From: the human T2T-CHM13v2.0 reference genome, Homo sapiens
Reading direction: 5' to 3' (one strand)
DNA: 64,000 nt
Assembly: GCF_009914755.1 (NCBI RefSeq)
Contig: NC_060937.1
Shown here one piece after another: positions 1 through 15,620 of the stretch. A program made the position numbers and the translations under genes. Numbering within the stretch: position 1 is the stretch's first letter; each line of letters starts with the position of its first letter. Under the pieces are notes generated by a model, which was not told the origin of the DNA, did not search any database, and saw only the letters and a list, made by a program, of their open reading frames with translations.

Positions 1-260
1 GACAAGAAAGTACTTAATGTATGATTCCATTTATAGAAGATTTCTAGTGACAGAAAGTAAATCAGTGCTCGCTTGGGGACAATAGCTGGGGTAGGAGAAA
101 GTGATTGTGGAGTAGCTCAAGGAGACCTCTGCGTGAGGGGCAGAGTCATTACCTTGCCTCTTGTGACAGTTCCATCAGGTTGCACTATGTCAAAACTTAT
201 CAAAGTGCACAGTTTACATATGAGCAGTTTATTGCATGTCAGTGATACCTCAATACGGCA
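1..260 (+). mobile_element. Old L1M (L1MC/L1ME-type) 3' fragment
   Basis: tgtatgattccatttata...gtgacagaaagtaaatcagtg...tacctcaata resembles ancient L1 3' UTR consensus. Confidence 0.55.
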
Positions 261-439
261 TATGACAGTCTTTACCCTGAGCATAATTACGTTTTTGTTG
301 AGTGTAATGGAGCTTTAACTCATGTTATTTGCTGTCCCCTACTTTTGAACCTAATCGTGAATTTAGAAAATGTATAGAATTTTAATGTGCAATGGTAAAT
401 TGTGTACTTATGTTTTATTAGGGGAAGTGATTTATTGAC

Positions 440-1620
440 AGTTCATTTATTGATTTATTTGTTTATTTTCTCATCAAATCTTTACTATGTTCCAAGGATA
501 GTGCTAGGAACTGGAGATTTCGCAGAAATAGACTCGCATACTATTTAGTGGGGGAGAATAACGTGAAAAGAATTACACGAACTGATTGTATCACACATGA
601 GCTATGTGCGCTGAAGGCAAGAGACAGATTTCCAAACACGCAGCAGAAGAAACTATGCCCCTTGGCAGATGGGGCCCCAGTGGCGGTTTGGGGAAGGCTG
701 TCCTCAAGAAGTGGCATTTGAGTTGCCCTCTGACTGATGCATAGCTGTCGTAAGAGGAGGGGCATGCACCCCTAGACAGAGGGGCCCTTCAAGGCCTGGG
801 GCAAGAGGAGGCCTGCTTTGCTGGGAGTGGCGAGGAAAGGCCTGGATGGGTAGTGCTGGAACCGAGGGGACGCGGAGAGACAGGCAGAGCCAGGCAGCAC
901 AGGGCTGGTGGGCCCTTAGTTTGTAAAGGTTTTGATACTTTTCAAATTTTTAAGGGAAGAATGATATGATCAGTTCTGTGCTTTGAAAACAATACTCTAG
1001 CCATAGCGTGGAGAACAGATGAAATGAGCCCAGGATGGAGGATGTGAAGATGGTTATGAAACTCCCACGGTTGCCCATGGAGAGCTGTGGGAGCCTGGGC
1101 TGGAGTGGAGGCAGTGCTGACAAGGAGATGGGGATGGCACCAAGGGAGCCCAGGAGGGTGCGGCGGCGGGCAGACAGGGGGACAGTGATTTGGGTGACTC
1201 CTGGGTTTCTGGTTGCACAACAGGATAGATGGGGCGGTCGCCTGTGCTGGAGCCCTGGGCGAGGCTTACCTAGGTTTGGGGCAAGGAGATCAGGAATGGA
1301 TTCAGGGTTGGGTGTGTCGTTGGAGGCATCCGCATAGAGCTGTTGGAGCTTAGAGGCCCCCTGGACTGAAGCATACACGTGGGACTCGTAGTACAGAGAT
1401 ATGTACTGAAGCTGAAGGACTTGTGAGGTTTCTTACAGGGCAGTTAAAGTGCGAACGTGAGAAGGCCAAGGGCCAGCCTTGGGAAGGGTGGAGATGAATA
1501 ACCAGGTGGTGCTGATGAGCCTGAAGAGAGAAACTAAGGCAGGGTGGTCAGAGGCCATTAGGAGACGGGCAGTGACCTGAGGTCAGGGGACGAGAGTGCT
1601 GGTGTGTTTCTGAGAGGTCA
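440..1620 (-). mobile_element. LINE-2 fragments
   Basis: ttcatttattgatttatt...tactatgttccaagg...gtgctagg start, then purine-rich L2-like tracts (ctctagccatagcgtggagaacagat; tttgggtgactcctgggtttctgg). Confidence 0.55.
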
Positions 1621-2799
1621 GGTGAGTGCAATTCAGAAGATTGTCTGCTGGCTTGGGCCTGTGCTGGGTGGGAAGGAGGGTGCTATTCCTAGCTGTTCTA
1701 GGACAACTGGCCAGCACACACCCAGAGCCCACATACTGGAGCAATGCAGGCATGCCCAGGACTGAAGAGGGGGCTGGGAGGGAGCCTGGCAGTCGCAGAG
1801 GGGAGTGGAAATGTTGGAATAGAGTTGTGGAGTATGAGAGAGGGGTGGACTCAGTGAGGGGGTGGACCGTGAGCCCTGTGGAAACCCACCCATGGAGGGG
1901 TGCATGCACCTGTAGCAATTGGCAGGGAACTGAGCGGGAGATTAGGGCACTCATTAACTGTCTTGAATGTTTGGTTAAGAGGAAGTGATCTTCAGTGAGG
2001 GTCAGCGTGTTTTTCTTGATAAAGGAGGCTCTAGCAAACTGTATCCCTTTCAACCGCTTTAGGGGAGAATGTCTGATATTTTTTCTTTCCTTTCCCACAT
2101 TTTAAAGTGTGTTCTTTTCCTTCCTGATGGATGCATCTGGTGGTTTAAGGCCAATAAGTGTTGCGTTGAGCCTGAACAGTTGTTTGTTACTCTCAAAATG
2201 TCTAAGACTTTCATCTCCAGCTTATACATGTATTGATGTCAGGTGTTTAATATTTCCCCTTTGATTCATTTGATAGTGAATGGCTTCTGAGGTCAGGATG
2301 GGGACACTGCCAAAACTAGCTGCTCTCTGCTGAGTCTCTGTTTTGCAGGTGACATTTGATAGTCTAGATTTGATATCATTAAGGTATTTTAGGGAAGTCA
2401 ATGTATAAGTTTTAGAAAGTTCAGGTGCATGTTGAGGACTATTGTTGTGAGAATGTTATGAATACACTTGTGTCTCTCCTGGGATTGACTTTTTCTTTCC
2501 CTTTAGAAAACGCTCACAGTGTATTACATATCATGCTAAATGGATGGAGATGAAGCAAATCCAGGGGTGCTCATTGGGAATATAGTTCCTAAATAACTGC
2601 AGTAAATGTAAGTCATGTCCTGGGGAATTATTTTTCTAACTCAAAGCATGAAAACATGAACAATTCAGTTCTGTCTCCATGTGTGGGAGAAGTAAACTCA
2701 CCACTTACTTTTTTCTTTTTAATCCTTTTTTTTTTAGAGGAAGGTGGGTAGAGAGTGTTATTGGGAGTAGGGGTAGGGATATTGAGGGAAGGGAGAATG

Positions 2800-3322
2800 A
2801 TATACACACACACATACATGTACACACATAAGTACACACACATCTATGCATATACACACATGCATCTGTACACACATGTATATATACACGTATATGCATA
2901 CATATTTATATATACACATGCACAGATATACACATGCATATACACATATGTATGCACACATATACACATGTATATACACATGCATATATACACATATACA
3001 TACATGCTATCTACACATTTATACACGTGCATATGTACACATGTGCACGTGTATATATGTGTATATATGTGCACGTGTATGTATGTGTATATATGCGTGT
3101 ATATGTGTATATATGTGTGCATTATATAATGCACACATATGCGCATATATACATACAGTATATACACACCTCTATATGCACGTATCTATAAACACATATG
3201 CCTATACACATGGATATGCACATATGCAGACATACACATGCACACACATAAACATACTTGAACACGTGCATATCTATACACATGTTGATACACGCATGTA
3301 TATGTATGCACATATATACATA
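2800..3322. repeat. Degenerate (TATACA/CATATA)n alternating purine-pyrimidine repeat, ~520 bp
   Basis: Directly visible; the source of all the Y/T/H/I/C/V-rich ORFs here. Confidence 0.95.
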
Positions 3323-3564
3323 CGTTTCAGCTTATGGGCGGAAAATATCTGGGTTGGTTTGGTTTTCCTCCTTTTATAGTCAGAAATGGCAGAGCTGCTC
3401 AACACGAACTTTTGTCCATCACATACAGAAATGTCAGTGATGTCACTGACATCAGAATTGGCAGTACATGTTTTTCCAAGTTGTCTTCAAGTAAGATGGT
3501 TCTTCCATCTTTTTTTTCTTTTGTCTAGGTGGTTATATGGTTTGTAAATTTGGGTGTATGTGAG

Positions 3565-3651
3565 ACTGCCCAAGGACCTGTGGAAATTGAGTGCTGGACA
3601 CCACCCCCAGAGTTCCTGATTTCGTAGGACTGGGATGGGGCAGAGAATCTG

Positions 3652-3654
<3 letters not shown>
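3565..3654. mobile_element. MER5A-like hAT element, left part (split by L1; continues 7138-7212)
   Basis: ccacccccagagttcctgatt...ggggcagagaatctgctt continues as ttctaacaagttctcaggcagtgctggtgctgctggtcc after the L1. Confidence 0.7.

Positions 3655-3700
<46 letters not shown>
3655..3700. repeat. (TA)n microsatellite at the L1 poly(A) tail position
   Basis: About 23 AT units between the left TSD and the L1 3' UTR. Confidence 0.95.
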
Positions 3701-7210
<3,510 letters not shown>

Positions 7211-7921
7211 TGACCTAGCCCACTGAGCTCATTAGCCCAGCAGCACCATGACCTGGACCAGCCAGATGGTGTGCATGACCCTTGAAGCAGACAGGAGGCC
7301 ACGGTGTCCTCACCTGGGCGTCTTTTCCGTGCGTGGCACAGGCTGCTCACTCACCTTGGTGTGCCCTCCCCATCCTCATGCTTAACAAGTTTCCTAACTA
7401 GTACCTTCTTAGTTCAAGACAGAGCAGACCCCGAGTGCTGCTTCCTCATGGGCTTTTGGAGTATTTAAGCATGGAGGCAGAGAGACAGAAAGGACATCCT
7501 GCTTGGGTTGGAAGGGGACTCGGAAATTTATCTGAAAAATTGGAATCCCATTTGTTTCTGTGCATAATTTTTTAAAATAAAAAAGAATATGTTTTTTTTT
7601 CATACAACAGAAGAGAAACAATCTCCATTAAGAGGCCAAGCTCAGGAGGTTTGTACAAGATTTGATGAAATATGTTACTTAAATTGAGGCATGTATGGAG
7701 ACATCAGTGAAATATTCAAATTAGGGTTGGGAAGAACTATAGCTAAATAAGATATTGAGTCACAAAAAATGAACAGAAGATGAAGTCACACTGTTTTAGG
7801 TAAAGATGCTTTTTAATGCTGAGGCTTTTAAAGAAGAGTAAATCAACCATGTTGCCTGGTTGTGGGAACTAAGGGCAGCCTCAGGGAAGAGTCTGGGTTG
7901 CCAGTTCAAAAACACAGCTGG

Positions 7922-8426
<505 letters not shown>

Positions 8427-8879
8427 TCATGTTGTGGAGTTCAGCTGAGCCGTAGCCTCTTTCTAACTCGAAGGGGTGGTGGGTTTTGCCATCCTTAAAT
8501 TGAGGATGCCCTTGTTTTCTGAAGGTCTGAAGCAGCCTGCACCGCTCGCACCGTCCTTTCGGCAAAACCAAAGACACATTGCTCAATTTCAGTCCAGCGT
8601 ATGCTTTGCAATTCAGTGGCCAATTGAGGGTCCATTTGTAAAAACTGAATGTGGAGAAAATGATGACAATTTTGACAACACCCCACCCCAAGTCTGGCCA
8701 TAGGAGAAAACACTGCATCATGTAGAGAAAGAGCTGGGTCTGGAGAACCGGCTCCAGCTGGCACAGAAGCTCCTTTTCTAGATGGTTCATTCCCTGTGGC
8801 TTTGCTGAAGCCTTTGGTGACCGTGGCTGCTTTCATGAATGGCGCTGGAATCACCTGACAAGGATTTCCAAGCAGCCAT

Positions 8880-9085
8880 CATGAAAAGGGCTCAAAAAGC
8901 AATGACAGGTTCTCTGGAAACAAATGAAACAATGGAACATCTCGGCAAAGAAATAAAACTTATGAAAAGGAAATTAAAAGTATAGAACTGAATAGAATAA
9001 TGGAAATAAAACACTGGATGGGCTCAAAGGTACAGTAGAGATGGCAGAAGATTGATTAGTGAACTTGATCGAGGACTCATCAAGG
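8880..9085 (+). mobile_element. Old L1M ORF1-region fragment
   Basis: A-rich ctggatgggctcaa...gatggcagaag...ttagtgaacttga motif. Confidence 0.5.
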
Positions 9086-9214
9086 GAGGGGCTCAGTGTA
9101 GACAAGAGAGAAAACAGACCTCAGAAAGCAAGGGCTGCCCAGGGCGGCACACACTGCAGGACAGCAGACAGTGTGGGAACGACAGCAGGATTCTTCCCTT
9201 CCCTCGCCGGCTCC

Positions 9215-9337
9215 TTGTCTCTCCCTCTGTGTCTCTCTGTGACTCTGTTTCTCCCCTTTTTGTCTCTCTGTATCTGTGACATCCTCTACCTCTCTGTCTC
9301 TCCCTCTCTGTGTCTATGTCTCTGTCTCTCTCATCTC
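9215..9337. repeat. CT-rich low-complexity tract
   Basis: (TCTCTG)-like degenerate repeat. Confidence 0.8.
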
Positions 9338-9429
9338 TGAACTGTCAGAATCACAGGAGGCCTCCAGAGCGTGTTTTGTCCCCCTTGGTTGAAGAATGAA
9401 AGCCACCCTGTGAAACCTGTGGCTCTTGT

Positions 9430-9523
9430 GGGTGCCTGCGTGGAGCACTGGCGGGTGCCTGCGTGGAGCACTGGCGGGTGCCTGTGTGGAGCACTGGCGG
9501 GTGCCTGCGTGGAGCACTGGCGG
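9430..9523. repeat. 23-bp minisatellite, 4 copies (GGGTGCCTGCGTGGAGCACTGGC)
   Basis: Head-to-tail copies with one C>T variant in copy 3. Confidence 0.95.
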
Positions 9524-10034
9524 CAGACAGGGGCCTGATGTGGGCTGCAGGAGCAGGCCAGCTGCTTAGGGGCAAACCCAATTTGGGGCCTGCGATTTTC
9601 CTTAGTGATAGGGAGGCAGGAGCTGTAACCAGAGCTTGCTCTGGACAGCACTGGCTGAACTGATGCCCATGCACAGAGGAAACTGAGCCATGGGCCTGCA
9701 GGTGGGCAGTCCTGGGAGAGCACTGGGAAGCCCATGGGCAGCTGGCCGCAGGCAGAGCCAGTGGCAACAGGATGCAGCCATCAATCTCAACAGGGAGGGG
9801 TGAAACTTTTAAGGTAAAACTAAGACAATCTTTCATTTGTCTCTCACTTTGTCTACAGTGATCATATTTCCAGGTCTTTTTCGGGATAGTTCCTGTCTTA
9901 AACATCCAATTCTCACATTAGACCAACTATATTACTTTTTGGTATATTACTTTTTGCCATGTCAGCATCACTGAACTTCACTTTTGGTAGCCATAATCAA
10001 GTGATTTATTAGAGTGTCACAGGCACAGGTCCTT

Positions 10035-10558
10035 CGTTCATTAATTCACAAATAATATACCAAGTGCCTGTCTGTATATGCCATCTGTTAAGATTCAACC
10101 GTCATCCAAACAGACCAAATATGCTGCAGCTGGAGCGTGTATTGTATAGTGCAGGGAGAGATTCTGTAAACATCACACAGAAATCAATGAGACATTTCAT
10201 TTACCAGTGATATGTGTCATGGAGGAAAACAGCAGGTGGCGGGTGGGAAGTGCCAGCACCTAGGGCGGTGGTGCAGGTTTACATCAGGTCATCGGGGAGG
10301 TGTTACTGAGAAGTGACATGAACAGAGACTTGATGAATGGGAGCAAAGAAAGGAATGATGTGAAGATCTGGGAGGATGGTGTTGCAGGCAGAGGGAACAG
10401 CTAGTGGGAGGTCCTGGGGTAGAAGCCTGCCTGGCGAGTTCCAGAACAGCAGAGGCCAGTGAGAGTGGGGAGGGTGGTAGCTGGCTGACGAGGTCAAGGA
10501 AGGAATAAGGGAGCGATTGTGTAGTACCTGCTTGGCCATTCGAAGGACTTGGCCTTTT
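10035..10558 (-). mobile_element. LINE-2 fragment (resumes at 12172-12240)
   Basis: ttcgttcattaattcacaaata start; gaagtgacatgaacagagacttga; aaggactt(c)gg(c)ctttt duplicated on both sides of the L1M insert. Confidence 0.65.
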
Positions 10559-10567
10559 ATTATTAAC

Positions 10568-10880
10568 CTTTTTTTTGTTTGTTCGTTTGTTTGCTTTTTT
10601 AGAGGCAGGGTCTTTTTCTATTGCCCAGGAGGGAGTGCAGTGGCAGATCACAGCTCAATGTAGCCTTGAACTCCTGGGCTCCAGTGAACCTCCAGAGTAG
10701 CTAGGACTACAGCATACGTCACCATGCCCAGCTAATTTTTAATGTTTTTATAGAGACAGGGTCTTGCTATGTTGCCCCGGCTGATCTTGAACTCCTGGTT
10801 TCAAGTGATTCTCCTGCTTTGGCCTCCCAAAATGTTGGGATTACATATAAGTTCTAGGCATGAACTACCACACCCAGCCT
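10568..10880 (-). mobile_element. AluJ
   Basis: Diverged antisense Alu with J-type ctcctgggctc...gtgaacctcc motif. Confidence 0.85.
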
Positions 10881-10884
10881 GGAC

Positions 10885-12171
10885 CTTATTTTTTAGAGCA
10901 GTTTTAGGTTTCCAGAAGAACTGAGCAAAAAGTACTGAGTTCCTATACACTCCCTTCTTTCAGCCCACCCACTTTCCCCCATTATTAACACCCTACATTA
11001 GTATGATGCACCTGTTACAATTGATAAGATGATACTGATACTTTATTATTAACTAAAGTTCACAGTTTCCATTAGGGTTCACTGTGTGTTGTATGTTCTG
11101 TGGGTTTTGACAAGTGTATAATGACATGTAGCCACTGTATAATATCATGCAGAGTAGTTTCACTGCCCTGAAGTCCCCTTTACTCCGCCTAGTCATCCCT
11201 CCCTCAACTCAACCCCTGGCAACTGTTGATCTTTTTACCGTCCCCATGTTTTTTTTTTTTAAATTACATTTACTGGTTTATTATAAGAATATTGCAAAGG
11301 CTACAGATGAAGAGACATGTAGTGCGAGCTATGGGGGAAGTGTCGCACAGCTTCCATGCCCTCCCTGGGTGTGCCCCCTTCAGGAACCTCTACGTATTCA
11401 GCTGCCTGGAAGCTCCAAAAGTTTTATCTTTTCCAGAATGTCATATAGTTAGAACAACACATTCTGTAGCCTTTCTGATCGGCTTCTTTCACTTAGCAAT
11501 ATGCATTTAAGGTTCCTCCATATTTTTTTTTTTTTTATGGATTGATAGCCCATTTCTTTCTATCACTGAGTAATCCCATTGTATGATGTACCACCGTTTT
11601 TTCTCCATTCACCTATTGAAGTACATCCTGGTTGCTTCCAAGTGTTGGTAATTGTGAAGAAAGTTGCTATAAACAAATGTGTGCAGGGTTTTGTGTGGAC
11701 ATACGTTTTCAGCCCCACGTGGGTAAATATAATACCAAGGAGCACAATTGCTGGATCATATGGTAAGCCTACATTTAGCTTTGTAGGAGACTGCCCAACT
11801 GCCTTCTAGTGGCTGCACCATTTTGCATTCCCACCAGCAATGAATGCGAGTTCCACTGCTCCACATTCTTGCCAGCATTTGGTGTTGACAGTTTTGTGGA
11901 TTTTGGCCATTCTAATAGGTATGCAGTGGCATCTCCTTGTTTTAATTTACATTTCTTTTATAATATATGATGTTGGATATCTTTTTATGTGCTTATTTAC
12001 CATCTGTGTATCTTTGTTGGTGTTTTTTTCAGATCTTTTGCCCATTTTAAAAACTAAGTTGTTTTATTAATGAGTTTTAAGAGTTCTTTGTATATTCAGA
12101 ATACCAGTTATTGATTAGATGTGTTTTGCAAATATCTCCTCCCTGTTGGTGGCTTGTCTTCTTGTTCTCTC
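10885..12171 (-). mobile_element. Old L1M (L1MB/MC/MD-type) 3' end
   Basis: tttagagcagttttaggttt; ttttccagaatgtcatatagtt; ttgcattcccaccagcaatgaatg. Confidence 0.8.
11249..11412 (-). mobile_element. MER21-family LTR fragment with poly(A) tail, inserted in the L1M
   Basis: gatgaagagacatgtag...gcttccatgccctccctggg...caggaacctctacgtattcagct matches MER21 from recall; T12 at 11249-11260 and TTTATT at 11277-11282. Confidence 0.6.
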
Positions 12172-14207
12172 AAGGACTTCGGCTTTTCCTGAGTGAAATG
12201 GGGAGGTTTTAATGGTTTTGAGTGGAGGAGTGACATTACAGGCAAATTATAAATAATGATAGTAATATGAACCAAATGGAATTCTTGTGTATACATTAGC
12301 AGCTTTATCTTTAAGTAATGAAGATCAGTTTATAAGTGGTTTTTAAAAAATGCATTTCCCAAGTACAGATTGCTACACATCTTATTCACAACTATGGCCC
12401 TATTGATTTCAGCCCACCCTGCTGATACTTGAGTTTTGGGTAATAATGATCTTTTTGTCAACCTTTTTATTACTCACAGATAATATGAAAGTCCCAACTG
12501 GCCCATCTTTCATGCAAGAGGCTTTTATAGCCCACAAGTGTCCTTGGCCAATGCTTCCTGCCCTCTCTTCCTATCCTCTCACCTCTCTCTCTAGGGCAGC
12601 CCCAACTGCTATTTATAGAGAGATGTGCTTAACTGTGGATGTCCTCAGCTGTTTCCAGTCCCCTTATTTCACTTTCTTCCTCTGGGTGAATGGCTCCCTC
12701 CTGCTTCACCATCTCCTCTCCAAAATGAGCCTGCCTCTTTGCATGCCTTCAAATCCCCCACAAGTTAACATGTGGATGAAAACAGTTTCTTCCTAGGTGG
12801 CCGGGTTCAGTCTTCTCTTAGGTGGCTCTGAGACTTGAACTTGCATTAAACACAGCTTTGAAGCAAAGACTCTTGAGTGGGAAAGGCCAGGAACAAAACA
12901 CTGCATGACTGCGGAGCTCCCACTCTTGCCCCCTGACTTCACTGTGTGTGGAGCTGGGTGGCAGGAGGACACTTCAGAAGCAAATCTGAGTGGTGGAGGC
13001 AAACAAAGGCAGGGCCGCCATAAAAAACCCTAGACGTCTGAGAACACAAGTATGAACAGCGGAGTAGCACTCGGGACTGCAGGGACAGGAGCTGCCATTC
13101 TCACCAAGGTGCCTTGGTCAAGAATAGGACATTGGGTTATTGGTGAGGCAGAGTAGATACAGGAGGCAGCATCCCGGCAGAGAACAGACTGCTTGTGCTG
13201 AGGGTGGACATGACCCTGCCTCATTTTGAAACTCACCCAGACAATGACTACACAGCTAGTACCCACCTTGGATTCACTAGCACATTTCCGTCAGAGGCCA
13301 CAGCCTTCTCCATAGGTGTCTTTAACAATGGGCAATAAGAAAATAATCACCAGCCATGCTGAAGTGCACTCAGTGGGAGAGGGAACATGCCAAAGGGTGG
13401 GAAACAATAGAGCAAGGGAGCTTAACAAGAAAGTGATGGGCAGCTCTGATTCACAGAATGCCATGCCATCATTTACAGTCTGTTTCCATTAGGTCACAAG
13501 CATGAAGGTGAAAGAAAAAAGACAATTATTCCACGTGAACAGGTGAAAGAACAATCTTCGACCACCAGACTCAACTTGAGTTGTCTTATGAATCTGTACT
13601 GCTCTCAGTTTTCTTGTACCCAGATTCTTCAAGGGCACATGGAATGGTGGCTGCCGATGGAAGTGGCGAGACCTCAACGGTGCCCACCCCAGCTGCACTT
13701 GCTTCCTGGGGATCTGCATCGCTGCAGCCTAACCTTGAGGGGTGGCAGGGCAAGTGCTGTTTCCCAGCTCACTCTCATTCAACAATTAAGATACAACTGC
13801 TACGTTTTCATCTAACAATACTGGGAGAACAAAATACGACTCAATGGTGAAATGTATTCTGGGTTATCTGATGAAGTTTTATCTTTAAATATTTTGTTAT
13901 CCATTTTTGGCATTGCTATGAATTTGGGACTGTTGCCACCAACTCTGAGGGATTTTAAACTGCTTTTAGAGTTTGTGAGAACCAAGCCTCAGGGGATGCA
14001 TGAGTCAGTTGAAGCACTGTAGTCTTGTTGGTCTCTCTTTGACATTTCATGTCTCTGGCATATCTGAATTTAGGTTGGGAACTGGAGGTTTGGTACACTT
14101 GTATCTATTACTACCCTTCATAATCTGGCCAGTTCCATACTCATGGAAAACAATTTGTTTGTTCCCAGATGGCTGCAGCATTTCATTTAGAGTTGGGCTT
14201 TGGGATT

Positions 14208-14724
14208 TCTTGAAGAAGGAATGCAAAAGAGAAACATGCTTTAAAAAAGGTTTAAATTTCTTCCAGTAAACGACTTGCTTAGTATGCTGAAGACTTTTTG
14301 GGGGAGCAGCTTACTTATCTGGTATTTAGCAGTCAAATCCTTGGCATTTCTGCCTGTTGCTTCATGTTTTCCAATGGATTTGGAGGAAGAGTTGTCCTGG
14401 AGACTTCCAAGTTAGCTCCACTGACCTACATTTTCACTCCATTTAACATTATTGACTGTGGAATGAGCCAGAGTGCCGTGGAAGAGCATAATTCCTGATC
14501 AGAAGACAGCTGCAATTTAATTAGAATAAAGCAGTGACTACCATGTAATTAAAAATTAAATGAACCATTGAATGCTAAGCGGACTTCTAGAAGGTGAACT
14601 TAGGATTTCAAACCTACCACTGCATCTCTGCATGACATGGTGGAGATCTGCCCTATGAAGACCCCAGCACGCTGGCAGCCCATCTGTCTTGAGGACTGTT
14701 TTGTGACGGGGGAGTCACGTTGGC
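14208..14724 (-). ncRNA. Candidate antisense spliced exons (14724-14618, 14509-14315, and a third beginning at 14208); may correspond to an ARHGEF7 antisense lncRNA
   Basis: Minus-strand acceptors attcttcccctcag|G, ctaattaaattgcag|C and tttgcattccttcttcaag|A; donors TG|gtaggt and AA|gtaagc; introns of 108 and 106 nt. Confidence 0.4.
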
Positions 14725-14789
14725 CTGAGGGGAAGAATAATAGATTGGGAGTGGTCATCGTCTTCTTCTCTAATGTATTTAATAATACT

Positions 14790-15185
14790 TGCACATGGGA
14801 CAACATTCAAAGGGTACAATAAGTAGAGAGAGAAAAGCAAATTTCCCTTGTTCCCTTGTCCTCCATGCCCAATTCTCTTTCCCCGTAGGGAACTCTTGTT
14901 AAGTGGCATATGCTTGCAGAGACAGCTCCATGCATTTCTAAACACCTACATACATTTTCTTCTTGCTTTTTTTTTTTTAAAAACACAAAAGGTAGATATT
15001 ATCCACGGTGTTCCCCACGTTCCCTACCACACCAAACATAACTTGGAGATTGTGACATATCAGGATATAAAGCTGCCCCTTTTTTAAAGGCTGTATGGTA
15101 GTGGTGATAGTCTGTTTGTGGAAGCATTAGAATTCATTTAATCTGTCCTCTAGATTGTTTCCAATCGTTTGCCATTACATTGTGT
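14790..15185 (-). mobile_element. L1ME-type fragment
   Basis: aacattcaaagggtacaa; ttggagattgtgacatatcag; gattgtttccaatcgtttgccatta. Confidence 0.5.
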
Positions 15186-15449
15186 TCTAATTTTAGATGC
15201 CGCCAGGAAGCTCTCCAGGTTAGGGCCAGGCAGAAAACAGATAGATGGCACACTGAACAGAGGTGGTTTATGAGACGATTTATGAAGTGAGGGCAGGAAG
15301 AAGGACAACCTAGAAGAGATGGGTTAATGACAGAAAAGTCATTAACTCTCCCTGACCCCGAAGCGAAAGGTCAAGGGAAGGAGGGTTTCTCCAGCCAGTG
15401 AGAGCTGTAGTTACAGGAGAGGCTGCCTGACAGGAGCCATGGTCTTCCG

Positions 15450-15620
15450 CGAGTGGTGTGTTGGTAAATGTTAAACACCTGGCTGTCTGGGAGGGGTGGC
15501 CCTGGCGTGTACCGTTTGCTGATTTCTGTGCCGTAGGTACTTACACCAGGGCTTTAAAGGCACCAGTGTGACGGGGTGACACCCATACAGCCCACTGTGA
15601 GCCAGCTCCAGCATCTACTG
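15450..15620 (-). mobile_element. MER63-like hAT element inside an old LTR fragment (~15215-15730)
   Basis: Terminal inverted repeats gagtggtgtgttgg ... ccagcatctactg; gtaaatgttaaaca. Confidence 0.6.

Noticed and set aside
2628-3440. Cluster of 60-177 aa ORFs
   Set aside because: Translations of a stop-poor simple repeat
9430-9523. 23-bp repeats as a CRISPR array
   Set aside because: No spacers, no cas genes, human DNA
13199-13321. Extra 53-nt minus-strand exon (13319-13267)
   Set aside because: Plausible donor but an AAG acceptor, and the next implied intron is only ~68 nt; too weak to call
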